The notes under the pieces: generated by a model
What the model was told of the DNA's origin: nothing
The model's database searches: none
Seen by the model: the letters and a program-made list of their open reading frames with translations, nothing else
Program-made: the position numbers and the translations under genes
Source of the DNA: Minisyncoccota bacterium
GTDB lineage: Bacteria; Patescibacteriota; Minisyncoccia; Phycocordibacterales; UBA9973
NCBI GenBank assembly: GCA_041663005.1
Contig: JBAZRK010000002.1
Span: 205,402 to 269,401 of the forward strand
Length of the DNA: 64,000 nucleotides
Reading direction: 5' to 3'
Shown: positions 19,158 through 28,959 of the stretch, piece by piece
How positions within the stretch are numbered: position 1 is the first letter of the stretch
Layout of the letters: each line of letters begins with the position of its first letter

Positions 19158-19332
19158 ATATAAGCATTATATTTCAATACTTATTTTGTGTCAATAGAAA
19201 TTAACAAAATTCTGTGGATAACTTTTTAACCTTTCTAAATAAAGCTTAAAATAAATTAAATTGGTAAAATATATTGACAATCTCTAAAAGTGTGTTAGAT
19301 TCAAATTAAATCGTTATTTGAAAGGAGGGAGC

Positions 19333-19533
19333 ATGGATGCTCGAAAAGTTCAGCATCTAATCGGCAGACAAGTGTTGGTTGAGATGGCTAGTGGCGCACG
19401 CGGTAACGCAACACTAAAAGCGATCATTCCGCACTGTCTTGATCAGACCAAGTGGATTGCAGTATTCGGCAATGCTAAGGATTGGTATGTCGAAGGGGCT
19501 GAGATTACGTCTATCTTTGCTGTAACTAACTGA
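19333..19533 (+). CDS. Small hypothetical protein (possibly an Sm/SH3-like beta fold)
   Basis: ATG 19333 after a strong SD AAAGGAGG; promoter TTGACA(19275)...TAGATT. Confidence 0.55.
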   Translation: MDARKVQHLIGRQVLVEMASGARGNATLKAIIPHCLDQTKWIAVFGNAKDWYVEGAEITSIFAVTN

Positions 19534-19550
19534 GAAGGAGAAAACTGATT

Positions 19551-20129
19551 ATGTTGTGGTATCTTGTGTTTTTCGTCCTCGGCGTCGCGGCAGCTCTCGT
19601 GTCGCCCGCTGGTTCCACTAAGGAGTCGCTTCAGGTGATCGAAGCCGTGTCGCTCACCGCACTCCTCGCATCTCTCTACGTGCCGTTCGCCGGCTTCGCC
19701 AAGAACGAGAAGTGGCAGAAGTTCGTCCTGCAGAATGTGGCGTGCGCGCTCTTCGGTGTCTATGCCGTAGTCGTGTACGAAGACGGCTCGTTCGCTGGCG
19801 TATTGGCCCTCGTGGTGGTCTCGTCTATGCACTTCGCGTACTGGACGAGCTCCATTCACAGTCGTAACTACCGACTCGAGCAGTTTCGGATGGGGTTCGC
19901 GCCGAGAATGCCCATGACCGCTCGATTCGTGGCGATGCTCAATGCTCAGGGGCGAGCGCACCAGGCTGACATCATCGTCTCTTGCACTCTCAGTGGCAAG
20001 ATGTTGCCCGGTTGGGATTTTGCGAGAGGACTCGAGCTTCCTCCCGGCTGCTGGTCCTGGATACACCTCGTCGACGCAGAGATGACGAACGTGTTCACGC
20101 CGCCGTCCGGCGCAGTTGATCATCCGTAG
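19551..20129 (+). CDS. Hypothetical membrane protein, visibly GC-rich
   Basis: About 4 hydrophobic segments; SD AAGGAG; GC-ending codons unlike flanking genes. Confidence 0.65.
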   Translation: MLWYLVFFVLGVAAALVSPAGSTKESLQVIEAVSLTALLASLYVPFAGFAKNEKWQKFVLQNVACALFGVYAVVVYEDGSFAGVLALVVVSSMHFAYWTSSIHSRNYRLEQFRMGFAPRMPMTARFVAMLNAQGRAHQADIIVSCTLSGKMLPGWDFARGLELPPGCWSWIHLVDAEMTNVFTPPSGAVDHP

Positions 20130-20202
20130 TTTCACATCACGACCGCTTGAATGGGGAGGCCACCGGCCACACCTCGCAGGCGGTCTTCTCATTTCTACTC
20201 AA

Positions 20203-20772
20203 TTATTTTTCCAGCCACCTTTGGTATTCGGAGACGACGAGATCAACAACCTGCTCAAGGTTGTTTTTGTTTGTGTCTATGACTAAGTCGAAGTTGTTTT
20301 TGTCGGTATGGTTTTCGATGCCGTAGAGGTCTTTGTATCTTTTTTTCTCACTTAAAAGACGGGCGTCTATTTTCGCCTGGATTTCTTCCGGGGAAGAGGA
20401 GTCCTCGCTCTGCTTGCGAAGTGCATTTTCTTTTAAATTATTTAAAATTCTTTCCTTGGCGATTTCTGGAGGCAAATCCAAATACACTTTAAAAGATTCC
20501 GGTATCCAGTGGAATGCCAAGCGAGAGTCAATGACAATTTTTTCCATTTCTCCTGCCTTCCTCACTTCGGCATCAATGGCTAGGTCTATCGTGTCGTCTG
20601 CTTGGGCTTTAATGCTCAAGTCGTTTACTGTTATGCCCATATCTACCGCAAGCTTTCGCATAAAATCGCCCGAGGAGAAGCGCGTGAAGCCCAGCTTTTC
20701 TGCTACCAAGTCCGCCGTGCTCGACTTGCCAGAGCCTAATGTGCCCGTGATGGTGATGATTTCCTTCTTCAT
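20203..20772 (-). CDS. cmk: Cytidylate kinase, archaeal-type
   Basis: ITITGTLGSGKSS, SSGDFMR, IDSRL, FDLVIDT. Confidence 0.85.
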   Translation of the reverse strand: MKKEIITITGTLGSGKSSTADLVAEKLGFTRFSSGDFMRKLAVDMGITVNDLSIKAQADDTIDLAIDAEVRKAGEMEKIVIDSRLAFHWIPESFKVYLDLPPEIAKERILNNLKENALRKQSEDSSSPEEIQAKIDARLLSEKKRYKDLYGIENHTDKNNFDLVIDTNKNNLEQVVDLVVSEYQRWLEK

Positions 20773-20794
20773 AATTTATGCTATTATAACACAT

Positions 20795-21388
20795 ATGCAA
20801 CCGCAAACTTTCATATTTTTCGGCATAGTGGGCTCCGGCAAAGGCACCCAGGTGAAGCTCCTTATGGAGTACTTAAAAGGCAAAGATAGCGCCCCTTGTG
20901 TGTACATAGGAACAGGGGAAATTTTCCGTGCGATTGCGCATTCTACCGACCTGGACGAGAATGTGCGTATGGTGAAGGAACTTCTAGACGCTGGTCGCCT
21001 GATTCCTGATGAAATGACCAACCAGCTTGTGCTTCAGAAAATTGATACGGAATTGTCTGCCGAAAAGCATTGCCTTTTCGATGGATATCCACGGACCGTT
21101 TCTCAATCTGAAGTTTTCGAAGGAAAGATGAAGGAAATTGGGCGCGGAAACATAAAAATAATTTACCTAGAGCTTAGCAAAGAAGAGGCCACGAAAAGAA
21201 ATCTTCTGCGTGGGAGGCATGACGACACCGCTGAAGGCTTGGCGAAAAGATTTGATGAATACGTGAACAAAGTTGTGCCAGCTATGAATTATTTCAAGGG
21301 TAAGAACGGCTATACAATATATGCTATTAACGGCGAGCAGTCGGTCGAAGACGTGCACAGAGAGATACTAGAAAAGATTAATTTATAA
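20795..21388 (+). CDS. adk: Adenylate kinase, short LID-less type
   Basis: Start at 20795 (MQPQTFIFFGIVGSGKGTQ); FDGYPR, GRHDD. Confidence 0.9.
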   Translation: MQPQTFIFFGIVGSGKGTQVKLLMEYLKGKDSAPCVYIGTGEIFRAIAHSTDLDENVRMVKELLDAGRLIPDEMTNQLVLQKIDTELSAEKHCLFDGYPRTVSQSEVFEGKMKEIGRGNIKIIYLELSKEEATKRNLLRGRHDDTAEGLAKRFDEYVNKVVPAMNYFKGKNGYTIYAINGEQSVEDVHREILEKINL

Positions 21389-21390
21389 AT

Positions 21391-22074
21391 ATGCAAGATT
21401 CAATAATAATTTCATTAGGTGGTTCGCTCATAGTGCCCGAAGAGATAGACGTCGGGTTTTTGAAAGAGTTCAAGGCTTTAATACTTGAACACGTAGAGAA
21501 AGGTAAGAAGTTCGTAATCATTACCGGGGGAGGCAAGATAAACAAGCGCTACAATGATGCAGCCCGTTCGATTGCCGGCAATCCCACTGACGAAGATTTA
21601 GATTGGATAGGAATTGCGGCGCTTAAATTAAACGCCGAGCTCCTCCGAGTTATATTTGCGGACTACGCCAACAAGAAAGTGATGGACAATCCTTCAGAAA
21701 ATTTTACCTTCGAAAAATCTATTGTCATTGGCTCAGCCTATGAGCCAGGGAAAAGTTCTGACTGGGATGCTGTTCACGCTGCCAAGACAATCGGTGCGAA
21801 AAAGATAATAAATCTATCGAACACTGATTATGTTTATGATTCTGATCCGAAAATTAATCCTAACGCTCAAAAAATAGAATCCATTTCTTGGGCCGATTAC
21901 CGCAAAATAATTCCAGCAGAATGGACCTCACGACTTAATTCGCCATTTGACCCCATTGCTTCGAAGATGGCCCAAGAGCTCGGCATCGAGGTGGACATAC
22001 TAAACGGCAAGAACATAGAGAATCTTAAAAAATGCCTCTCTGGCGAGAATTTCTTGGGAACTAAAATAAAATGA
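21391..22074 (+). CDS. pyrH: UMP kinase, archaeal-type
   Basis: ISLGGS, ITGGG, DWIGI, VYDSDP, PFDPIA. Confidence 0.9.
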   Translation: MQDSIIISLGGSLIVPEEIDVGFLKEFKALILEHVEKGKKFVIITGGGKINKRYNDAARSIAGNPTDEDLDWIGIAALKLNAELLRVIFADYANKKVMDNPSENFTFEKSIVIGSAYEPGKSSDWDAVHAAKTIGAKKIINLSNTDYVYDSDPKINPNAQKIESISWADYRKIIPAEWTSRLNSPFDPIASKMAQELGIEVDILNGKNIENLKKCLSGENFLGTKIK

Positions 22075-22850
22075 TAACGATAAAAACTCCGGAAGAAATA
22101 AAAATAATCCGCGAATGCGGTCGGAGGTTGGCAACCGTGCTGTATAAGGTTAAAGATATGATAGCGCCGGGAATTTCAACCAAGGACCTAGACGTGTATG
22201 CGGAAAAGCTTATCCGAGATATGGGGGATGTCCCAGCTTTTTTAGGTTATCGACCGGAGGGCGCTCGCATTCCTTTTCCGGCGACACTTTGCGTTTCAGT
22301 TAATGATGAAGTGGTGCACGGTATTCCACGCAAAGATCGAATCTTAAAAGAGGGAGACATCGTGTCTATAGACCTTGGTGTTAAACACAAAGGCCTGTTT
22401 ACCGATATGGCGCTCACCGCGCCGGTGGGCCGGGTAAGCGATACAGATTCGAAATTAATGAAGCTCACCGAGCAAGCCCTGGAAGCCGGCATTTTCGCCG
22501 CGCGAGCGGGGAGTAGGGTTGGGGACATTGGCCATGCCATCGAGAGTTTCGTGCGGGGACAGAAAGGGCAGAAATATGGCATCGTGGAAGTTCTCGCCGG
22601 CCACGGCGTAGGACACAAAATTCATGAAGACCCTTTCGTGCCGAATTTTGGCCGAAAAGGTACAGGAGCGAAGCTAGTGCCGGGAATGATACTTGCCCTA
22701 GAGCCTATGCTTAATCTTGGAACTAAAGAAGTAACTATGGATGATGATGAATATACCTTCCGAACCGCTGACGGCAAAAGGAGCGCCCATTTTGAACATA
22801 CGATACTCATCACAGAAGGTGAACCTGAGATACTGACAAAAATTTCTTAA
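22071..22850 (+). CDS. map: Methionine aminopeptidase type I
   Basis: SVNDEVVHGIP, GHGVG, HEDP, EPM, AHFEHT. Confidence 0.97.
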   Translation: MITIKTPEEIKIIRECGRRLATVLYKVKDMIAPGISTKDLDVYAEKLIRDMGDVPAFLGYRPEGARIPFPATLCVSVNDEVVHGIPRKDRILKEGDIVSIDLGVKHKGLFTDMALTAPVGRVSDTDSKLMKLTEQALEAGIFAARAGSRVGDIGHAIESFVRGQKGQKYGIVEVLAGHGVGHKIHEDPFVPNFGRKGTGAKLVPGMILALEPMLNLGTKEVTMDDDEYTFRTADGKRSAHFEHTILITEGEPEILTKIS

Positions 22851-22902
22851 AGTATACTTTAAAAATTTAGTTTTTTGTATTTTTTGTTATATAATTAAAC
22901 TA

Positions 22903-25668
22903 ATGAATCCCTCTTTTATAAAAGAGATGCCGAAATTCAAGACTCCAGAGGAGGAGCTGGATTATCTTCGTGCCCACGTTAAGAAGCGCGAAGAGGAACT
23001 TATAGAAATAGGACACACTGAACGCACTGCAGAGATGGCTACGCGCGAGGTTATGGGCGAATACAGAACGGTCCCGGTGGAGAAAGCCGTGCATAAAGAT
23101 AATGTTTTGAAAGAAGACGAAACCGAAGGCATTGTGCTTAAACTTAAACCTGAACCGCATGATACCGTGATGGAAGAGCTTTTGGGGATTGTGATTACTA
23201 AAGGAATCCGAAATGCGCTTTCTGTAGTTGAGGCAATGGGCAATCCGCATATCGATGACGACTTTCATCGTTTACTCATTCAATATTTCAAAACTGGGCA
23301 AATCACTGGGTTTAAAGAAGGTACTCCGATGTATCGGTCTCTTAATATGACTCTTTTTGAAATAACTTTGCCGCCGCCACAAGACGAAGCCGACAAGTCG
23401 AAGGGCTTTAAAGAATTTATCGGGGCCATGGAGCAGTTTTATGCCGGTATGCAGTCTATCTCCGAAGGCAAGAGTAATGAGAAAGAAAATTATTTCACCA
23501 TAGAGGTGGCGCTTGGCAATCAAAGCGATGAAGTGGTGATATATGCCGCTGTGCCCAATAAATATTTGTCTCTTTTTGAAAAACAAATCCTGGCTTTCTA
23601 TCACGATGCGAAAATCCGAGAGGTAACCGACGACTACAACATTTTCAACGAGCAGGGCGCCTCGACAGGGGCTTATGCTGTGTTCACTGAACGCCCAGTA
23701 ATGCCCATTAAGACCTATGACGAGATCGAGCACGACCCGATGAACCCTATTCTAAACGTTTTCTCCAAGCTACAGAAGAGCGGTGAAGGAGCGGCTATTC
23801 AATTCCTCATAGCTCCGGCGGGGGATAAATTTATCAATGAGTTTCATATGATTCTAGATGATGTCAAAGACGGCATTTCAGTTAAACATGCGGCAGACAA
23901 TTTCTATAAATGGCGTAGTGCTCTCAAGACTGCCGGCAAGGATCTCTTGTTTGGGCTGAAAGAAAAAAACGAAGAAGAAAAAAAGGAAAAGTATATGAAA
24001 GGCAGGCGCGCCGTGGATGAAGGTGCCGCAGAAAAAATAGGCAACAAAATAAAGAGCACCATAATGAAAGCGAATATCCGCGTGATTGCCTCCGGCGAAA
24101 CGAAAGAGCGCGCAGAAGCAATTCTTCGTGAAATAGAATCTTCCTTCAATCAATTTTCTGCCGCAGCTTCAAATTCTTTCATCTTCCAAGAGGCGAAGGG
24201 CGGCGACTTGAAAAAACTTTTCCACGATTTTTCTTACCGAGCTTTTGCACACGAAAAGATTCTCCCGATGAACTTGAAAGAACTTTCTTCCGTTTTCCAC
24301 TTCCCGGTAGGTATGGGTAGTCAGCCGCAACTCAAAGAAGCCAAGGCGGGCATTGCGCCAGCACCGATAGAAATGGGAACCGAAGGCATAGTCTTGGGCA
24401 TAAATAGCTACCGAGGCCGAGATACGGAAGTGCACTTAGCCCGAGAAGACAGGATGAGACATATGTATGTAATAGGGCAAACTGGAACCGGTAAGACGAA
24501 CATTATGCTCAATATGATTACTCAGGATATCCGTAACGGTGACGGGTGCTGCTACATTGACCCTCATGGCACAGATATCCAGACGATCCTCTCTAGAATT
24601 CCTAAGGAGCGCATTGACGATGTTATCTATTTCGATCCCGCCTATACTGCCCGTCCAATGGGACTCAACATGCTCGAATATGATCCAAAGTACCCTGAGC
24701 AGAAAACCTTCGTGGTGAACGAAATGATGGGAATTTTCAACAAACTTTTCGATATGAAAGTCGGAGGCGGAGCGATGTTCGAACAATATTTCCGAAACAG
24801 CGCCTTTCTCGTGATGGAAGACCCTTCTTCCGGTTCGACCCTCCTTGAGATTACTCGAGTGCTTGGTGACAAAGAATTTCGCGATTTGAAATTGTCCCGT
24901 TGCAAGAATCCAATCATAAAACAATTTTGGGTTTCGGCGGAGCAGACTACGGGTGACCAGTCGCTCGCAAACTTCGTGCCCTATATTTCTTCCAAATTCG
25001 ACAACTTTATTTCCAACGACATAATGCGTCCAGTGGTGCTTCAGCAGAACTCGGTTTTTAATTTTAGAAAAATTATGGACGAGAAGAAAATTCTCTTGGT
25101 CAATCTTTCGAAAGGTAGACTGGGCGACATCAATGCGAACCTCATAGGTCTCGTGCTTGTTGGCAAAATTCAAATGGCCGCACTGTCTCGTGTAGATATG
25201 TTCGGCAAGCCGATGAATGATTTCTATTTGTATATCGATGAGTTCCAGAACGTTACCACGGACTCTATCGCTTCAATTCTCTCAGAAGCGCGAAAGTATA
25301 GATTGTCTCTCAACATTGCCCACCAGTACATTACCCAGCTCGAAGAGAATATCAAGAATGCTGTTTTTGGTAACGTCGGCTCTATGGCGGTGTTCCGTGT
25401 GGGTACCGAAGACGCGACATTCCTCGAGCCGAAATTCAAACCGCAATTTACCGCGCACGACATTACTAAACTTGATAACTTTAATGCGTATATGAGCATG
25501 CTAGTGAAAGGTCAGCCTACCAAACCTTTCAACATCCGCACGCTAGCGCCCGAGACTGGAAATCCAGAAATAGTGGACAGCTTGAAAGAACTTTCATATG
25601 TTAAATACGGTCGTGATCGTGAAGAAGTGGAGAAGGAAATAATGTCGCGATACAATACGATGGAATAA
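22903..25668 (+). CDS. TraG/VirD4/HerA-like P-loop ATPase
   Basis: RHMYVIGQTGTGKT (Walker A), IDPHG, LYIDEFQ (Walker B), SEARKY, AHQY, GNVGS. Confidence 0.88.
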   Translation: MNPSFIKEMPKFKTPEEELDYLRAHVKKREEELIEIGHTERTAEMATREVMGEYRTVPVEKAVHKDNVLKEDETEGIVLKLKPEPHDTVMEELLGIVITKGIRNALSVVEAMGNPHIDDDFHRLLIQYFKTGQITGFKEGTPMYRSLNMTLFEITLPPPQDEADKSKGFKEFIGAMEQFYAGMQSISEGKSNEKENYFTIEVALGNQSDEVVIYAAVPNKYLSLFEKQILAFYHDAKIREVTDDYNIFNEQGASTGAYAVFTERPVMPIKTYDEIEHDPMNPILNVFSKLQKSGEGAAIQFLIAPAGDKFINEFHMILDDVKDGISVKHAADNFYKWRSALKTAGKDLLFGLKEKNEEEKKEKYMKGRRAVDEGAAEKIGNKIKSTIMKANIRVIASGETKERAEAILREIESSFNQFSAAASNSFIFQEAKGGDLKKLFHDFSYRAFAHEKILPMNLKELSSVFHFPVGMGSQPQLKEAKAGIAPAPIEMGTEGIVLGINSYRGRDTEVHLAREDRMRHMYVIGQTGTGKTNIMLNMITQDIRNGDGCCYIDPHGTDIQTILSRIPKERIDDVIYFDPAYTARPMGLNMLEYDPKYPEQKTFVVNEMMGIFNKLFDMKVGGGAMFEQYFRNSAFLVMEDPSSGSTLLEITRVLGDKEFRDLKLSRCKNPIIKQFWVSAEQTTGDQSLANFVPYISSKFDNFISNDIMRPVVLQQNSVFNFRKIMDEKKILLVNLSKGRLGDINANLIGLVLVGKIQMAALSRVDMFGKPMNDFYLYIDEFQNVTTDSIASILSEARKYRLSLNIAHQYITQLEENIKNAVFGNVGSMAVFRVGTEDATFLEPKFKPQFTAHDITKLDNFNAYMSMLVKGQPTKPFNIRTLAPETGNPEIVDSLKELSYVKYGRDREEVEKEIMSRYNTME

Positions 25669-25713
25669 GTGTAATTTTGCAAACTCGGCTTTTTCTGGTA
25701 GAATAAGCTTATT

Positions 25714-26190
25714 ATGACAAGACCAAATAGTGAAAAATCTTTAATAATCATTAAGCCGGACGCTATTCAGAGGAACCTTACCGGGGAGGTGATAAGGCGA
25801 TTCGAGAATAAAGGGCTCAAGATTATCGGCCTCAAGATGATGAGCATCAAGGATGCAGTGTTAGATGAACATTATGCCCATATCAAAGATAAACCTTTCT
25901 TCCCGGGGATTAGGGATTTTATGAAATCTTGCCCGGTTATCGTTATGGCCGTGGAAGGAATTAATGCCATCTCCGCAATTCGCATAATTGTCGGGCCTAC
26001 GAAGGCCTGGGAGGCTGATGCAGGCACAATTCGGGGAGACTTTTCGCTCTCAACTCAATCGAACATCGTTCACGCTTCAGACTCTGTGGAAAACGGTGAG
26101 GTAGAGGTCAAAAGATTTTTCTCTTCTGATGAAATCTTTGAGTACAAAAAAATAGATACGGATTTCGTCTATGCGGAGCATAAGGAATAA
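25714..26190 (+). CDS. ndk: Nucleoside diphosphate kinase
   Basis: IIKPDA, GTIRGDF, NIVHASDS. Confidence 0.97.
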   Translation: MTRPNSEKSLIIIKPDAIQRNLTGEVIRRFENKGLKIIGLKMMSIKDAVLDEHYAHIKDKPFFPGIRDFMKSCPVIVMAVEGINAISAIRIIVGPTKAWEADAGTIRGDFSLSTQSNIVHASDSVENGEVEVKRFFSSDEIFEYKKIDTDFVYAEHKE

Positions 26191-26272
26191 ATGTTCCAGC
26201 TTGTTTTTGTCTTAAAATTGTGTTTTTCTGAAAAAAATATTGCCAAAATTTTTTAAGAGAGTATAGTGAAAG

Positions 26273-26399
26273 TAGGGTTATTTCCGATTATTACCTAGAA
26301 CACTAATTTATGGGAGAGTCGATCGCGATTGGCCTTGGCCCTTCTCGTCTCTCACCCACTTAGCTTTTAAGCTACGGTAATATATCAGAGATAGTCCTA
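26273..26399 (+). ncRNA. Candidate compact 6S RNA
   Basis: Promoter TTGCCA-16-TATAGT (26240-26267); 12-bp closing stem, second stem, central bubble with a 3' hairpin, apical stem; terminator follows. Confidence 0.6.
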
Positions 26400-26406
26400 A
26401 GAAGAA

Positions 26407-26440
26407 CTCCGCGCTGTGAATACAGTTGGCGGATTTTTTC
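26407..26440 (+). terminator. Intrinsic terminator after the 6S-like RNA
   Basis: TCCGC-G-CTGT-GAAT-ACAG-TTG-GCGGA followed by TTTTTT. Confidence 0.65.
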
Positions 26441-26464
26441 TTGGAAATCCTGTATAATCATCAG

Positions 26465-26869
26465 ATGGGTGGCAGAAAACTTCTTAAATTACTCAGTGTT
26501 CTTATTTTCGTTATATTTTTTATAAATTTTTCAGCGAACACATTCTACTGGTATTCTTCTATTGGGTATTTTGATACTATCGTTCATTATTTTGGGGGAG
26601 CATGGGTTGGATTTTTTACTTTATATTTATCCTCTGAAGAGTTACCGTCAGCTCGCTTGGTAATAAAAGTTCTTATCAGTGTTTTGTTGGTAGGAGTCTG
26701 CTGGGAAGCATATGAGCTGATAATAGATAAAGTTGTTAGCGGAAACTTCTTGAACCCCCTCGACACTGTTTCTGACCTCTTCTTCGATTTCGCGGGAGGT
26801 GCTAGCGCATTGTTGTATTATATTTATAAAATTATGTCTTTACGCACGAGTAAGGTACAATCTCAGTAA
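26465..26869 (+). CDS. Small multi-pass membrane protein
   Basis: ATG 26465, 6 nt after TATAAT; motifs DTIVHYFGG, WEAYE, DTVSDL. Confidence 0.7.
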   Translation: MGGRKLLKLLSVLIFVIFFINFSANTFYWYSSIGYFDTIVHYFGGAWVGFFTLYLSSEELPSARLVIKVLISVLLVGVCWEAYELIIDKVVSGNFLNPLDTVSDLFFDFAGGASALLYYIYKIMSLRTSKVQSQ

Positions 26870-28233
26870 TGCAAAAAAAAGCAAAAATTACATTTCACGG
26901 GGGGACGGATACGGTAACCGGAGCAAATTTCCTCCTCGAGATTGATAACAAGAAAATTCTCATAGACTGTGGTTTAACGCAGGGGACGAAGGTCGCCGAC
27001 GATGTGAATTGGAGCCCCTTCGCATATGACCCCAAGAGCATAGATTTACTTTTTATCACCCACGGACACGTGGATCACTTGGGGCGTGTCCCTAAGCTTA
27101 TTTCGGAGGGTTTTCGCGGGGCAATATATTCTACAGAGCCGACGAAGGGCCTAGCGCTTCCTATGCTCGAAGATACGGCAGGGATTTTAAGTGGCAACAC
27201 TGATTTAAATTTAGATAAAATTTATACTGCAGAAAATGTGAAGTTAGCACTTTCGCTCTGGCACGGATTTAAATATCATGAAAAAATAAATATTACTCCG
27301 GATTTGGAAGTAACCTTCTTGAACGCCGGTCACATATTAGGCTCAGCGATGATTTTGTTTTCATATAACGGCAAGAAAATTCTTTTCACCGGAGATTTGG
27401 GCAATAATCCTTCGCCTCTTCTGCCGGATCCGGATGTAGTGACCGATATAGACTATTTAATTATGGAGTCAGTGTATGGCGACAGGAATCACGAATCTCG
27501 CGACACTCGCCGCAGCAAGCTGGCACAGGTGATTCAAGATAATGATAAAAGACGAGGAACCTTAATTATCCCTACTTTTTCACTTGAACGTTCACAAGAG
27601 TTGCTGTTTGAATTGGACGCGCTCTTGGAAGAAAACCGCATTCCGGTTATGCCTGTATTTTTTGATTCTCCGCTGGCGATTCGTTTGACTGATGTTTTCA
27701 AACAATACAAAGAATATCTAAATGAAAAGGCGCAGAAGGCAGTTTCGCCTGGTAAGTACTTATTTGATTTCCCGGGCCTGCACAACACCCTGAGGTCGGA
27801 AGAGTCCAAGCTCATAGTTGATACGCCTAATCCTAAAATAGTCATTGCGGGGAGCGGAATGTCCACTGGTGGGCGGGTGGTGCATCATGAGAGGCATTAT
27901 CTACCAGACGCGAACAATACGCTCTTACTAACCGGCTACCAAGCCGTAGGCACACCAGGGAGACTGATTGAGGAAGGACTCAAGAAAGTTCACATTACCG
28001 GGGAAGATGTGATTATCCGAGCGCACATAGAAAAAATTTCTGGTTATTCTGGGCACAAAGATAGCGATGGGCTCCTGAACTTCGTTGCGGATACGGCCGA
28101 CCAATTGAAAAAAGTTTTCGTGGTGATGGGGGAGCCGAAGTCCTCGATGTTCCTCGTGCAGAAACTACGAGACAATCTTGCGATAGAAGCCTATGCACCG
28201 GAGACAGGGAAGAGTGTGGAGCTTCCTTGCTAG
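26869..28233 (+). CDS. Metallo-beta-lactamase/beta-CASP ribonuclease
   Basis: THGHVDHLG, AGHILGS, FTGDLG, ESVYG, GSGM, SGH. Confidence 0.92.
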   Translation: MQKKAKITFHGGTDTVTGANFLLEIDNKKILIDCGLTQGTKVADDVNWSPFAYDPKSIDLLFITHGHVDHLGRVPKLISEGFRGAIYSTEPTKGLALPMLEDTAGILSGNTDLNLDKIYTAENVKLALSLWHGFKYHEKINITPDLEVTFLNAGHILGSAMILFSYNGKKILFTGDLGNNPSPLLPDPDVVTDIDYLIMESVYGDRNHESRDTRRSKLAQVIQDNDKRRGTLIIPTFSLERSQELLFELDALLEENRIPVMPVFFDSPLAIRLTDVFKQYKEYLNEKAQKAVSPGKYLFDFPGLHNTLRSEESKLIVDTPNPKIVIAGSGMSTGGRVVHHERHYLPDANNTLLLTGYQAVGTPGRLIEEGLKKVHITGEDVIIRAHIEKISGYSGHKDSDGLLNFVADTADQLKKVFVVMGEPKSSMFLVQKLRDNLAIEAYAPETGKSVELPC

Positions 28234-28294
28234 GTCGGATTTTAAATTCAGACGAACCTGGATTTATTATTTTTAACTGTTACAATAGACGAGC

Positions 28295-28918
28295 ATGGCA
28301 ATCATAAAAAACTTTTCAGACAAACACGGCCACTCCCAAATAAAAATTTGTGTTTCAGGCGCCGCCGAAACTGGGCATTGTGGCATTGATGCCCTTGATA
28401 CCGCCAAGGAGCTTGGCAGAGAGATAGCTCGACAGGGAGCCATAATAGTTACCGGAGCCACTACTGGATTCCCACTGTGGTCGGCTATGGGGGCCAAAGA
28501 AGAAGGAGGAATTTCAATCGGCATTTCGCCCGCAGCCTCAGAGCGCGAGCACGTGGAATCCTATAAGTTACCGGTTGATTATATGGATATGATTATTTAT
28601 ACCGGCTTTGGCTACCCAGGGAGAGATATTTTATTAACGCGTTCTGCCGACGCAGTTATTTGCGGCTGCGGACGGGTAGGAACCATTCACGAGTTCACGG
28701 TGGCCTTCGAAGATGGCAAGCCTATCGGTATTTTAGAAGGGGATTGGGAAACCGACAAAGAGATAAAAAGTATTATAGACAATGGTCACCGCCCCAATGC
28801 AAAAATAGTTTTTAGCGACGACCCGAAAAAACTAATTGAAGAAGTTATTGCTCTGGTGAAGAAAGATAAGATTGCAGAGTACAAAATAGTACCGCCGTTA
28901 GGAACAGATACACAATAA
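28295..28918 (+). CDS. LOG-family (SLOG) nucleotide-binding protein
   Basis: VTGATTG, YTGFG, GRVGTIHE. Confidence 0.85.
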   Translation: MAIIKNFSDKHGHSQIKICVSGAAETGHCGIDALDTAKELGREIARQGAIIVTGATTGFPLWSAMGAKEEGGISIGISPAASEREHVESYKLPVDYMDMIIYTGFGYPGRDILLTRSADAVICGCGRVGTIHEFTVAFEDGKPIGILEGDWETDKEIKSIIDNGHRPNAKIVFSDDPKKLIEEVIALVKKDKIAEYKIVPPLGTDTQ

Positions 28919-28947
28919 AAAAACCCCGCCGAAGCGGGGTTTTTTTA
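28918..28947. terminator. Bidirectional terminator
   Basis: AAAAAACCCCGC-CGAA-GCGGGGTTTTTTT between convergent genes. Confidence 0.85.
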
Positions 28948-28959
28948 TTGGGAATTTAT

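Noticed and set aside
19200-19320. Replication origin
   Set aside because: Only one DnaA box, and no dnaA/dnaN nearby.
19443-20192. 249-aa minus-strand ORF
   Set aside because: Antisense shadow of the GC-rich plus-strand membrane gene, which has an SD and a coherent hydrophobic pattern.
20333-20794. Long N-terminal extensions of Adk, and likewise S19 (10713), the 42745 ORF and the 61631 ORF
   Set aside because: They overlap cmk, a leader, the NUDIX gene or a tRNA; better starts lie at 20795, 10821, 42850 and 61550.
24436-25173. 245-aa minus-strand ORF and the many other antisense ORFs in the track
   Set aside because: Fully nested opposite well-conserved genes, with no motifs.
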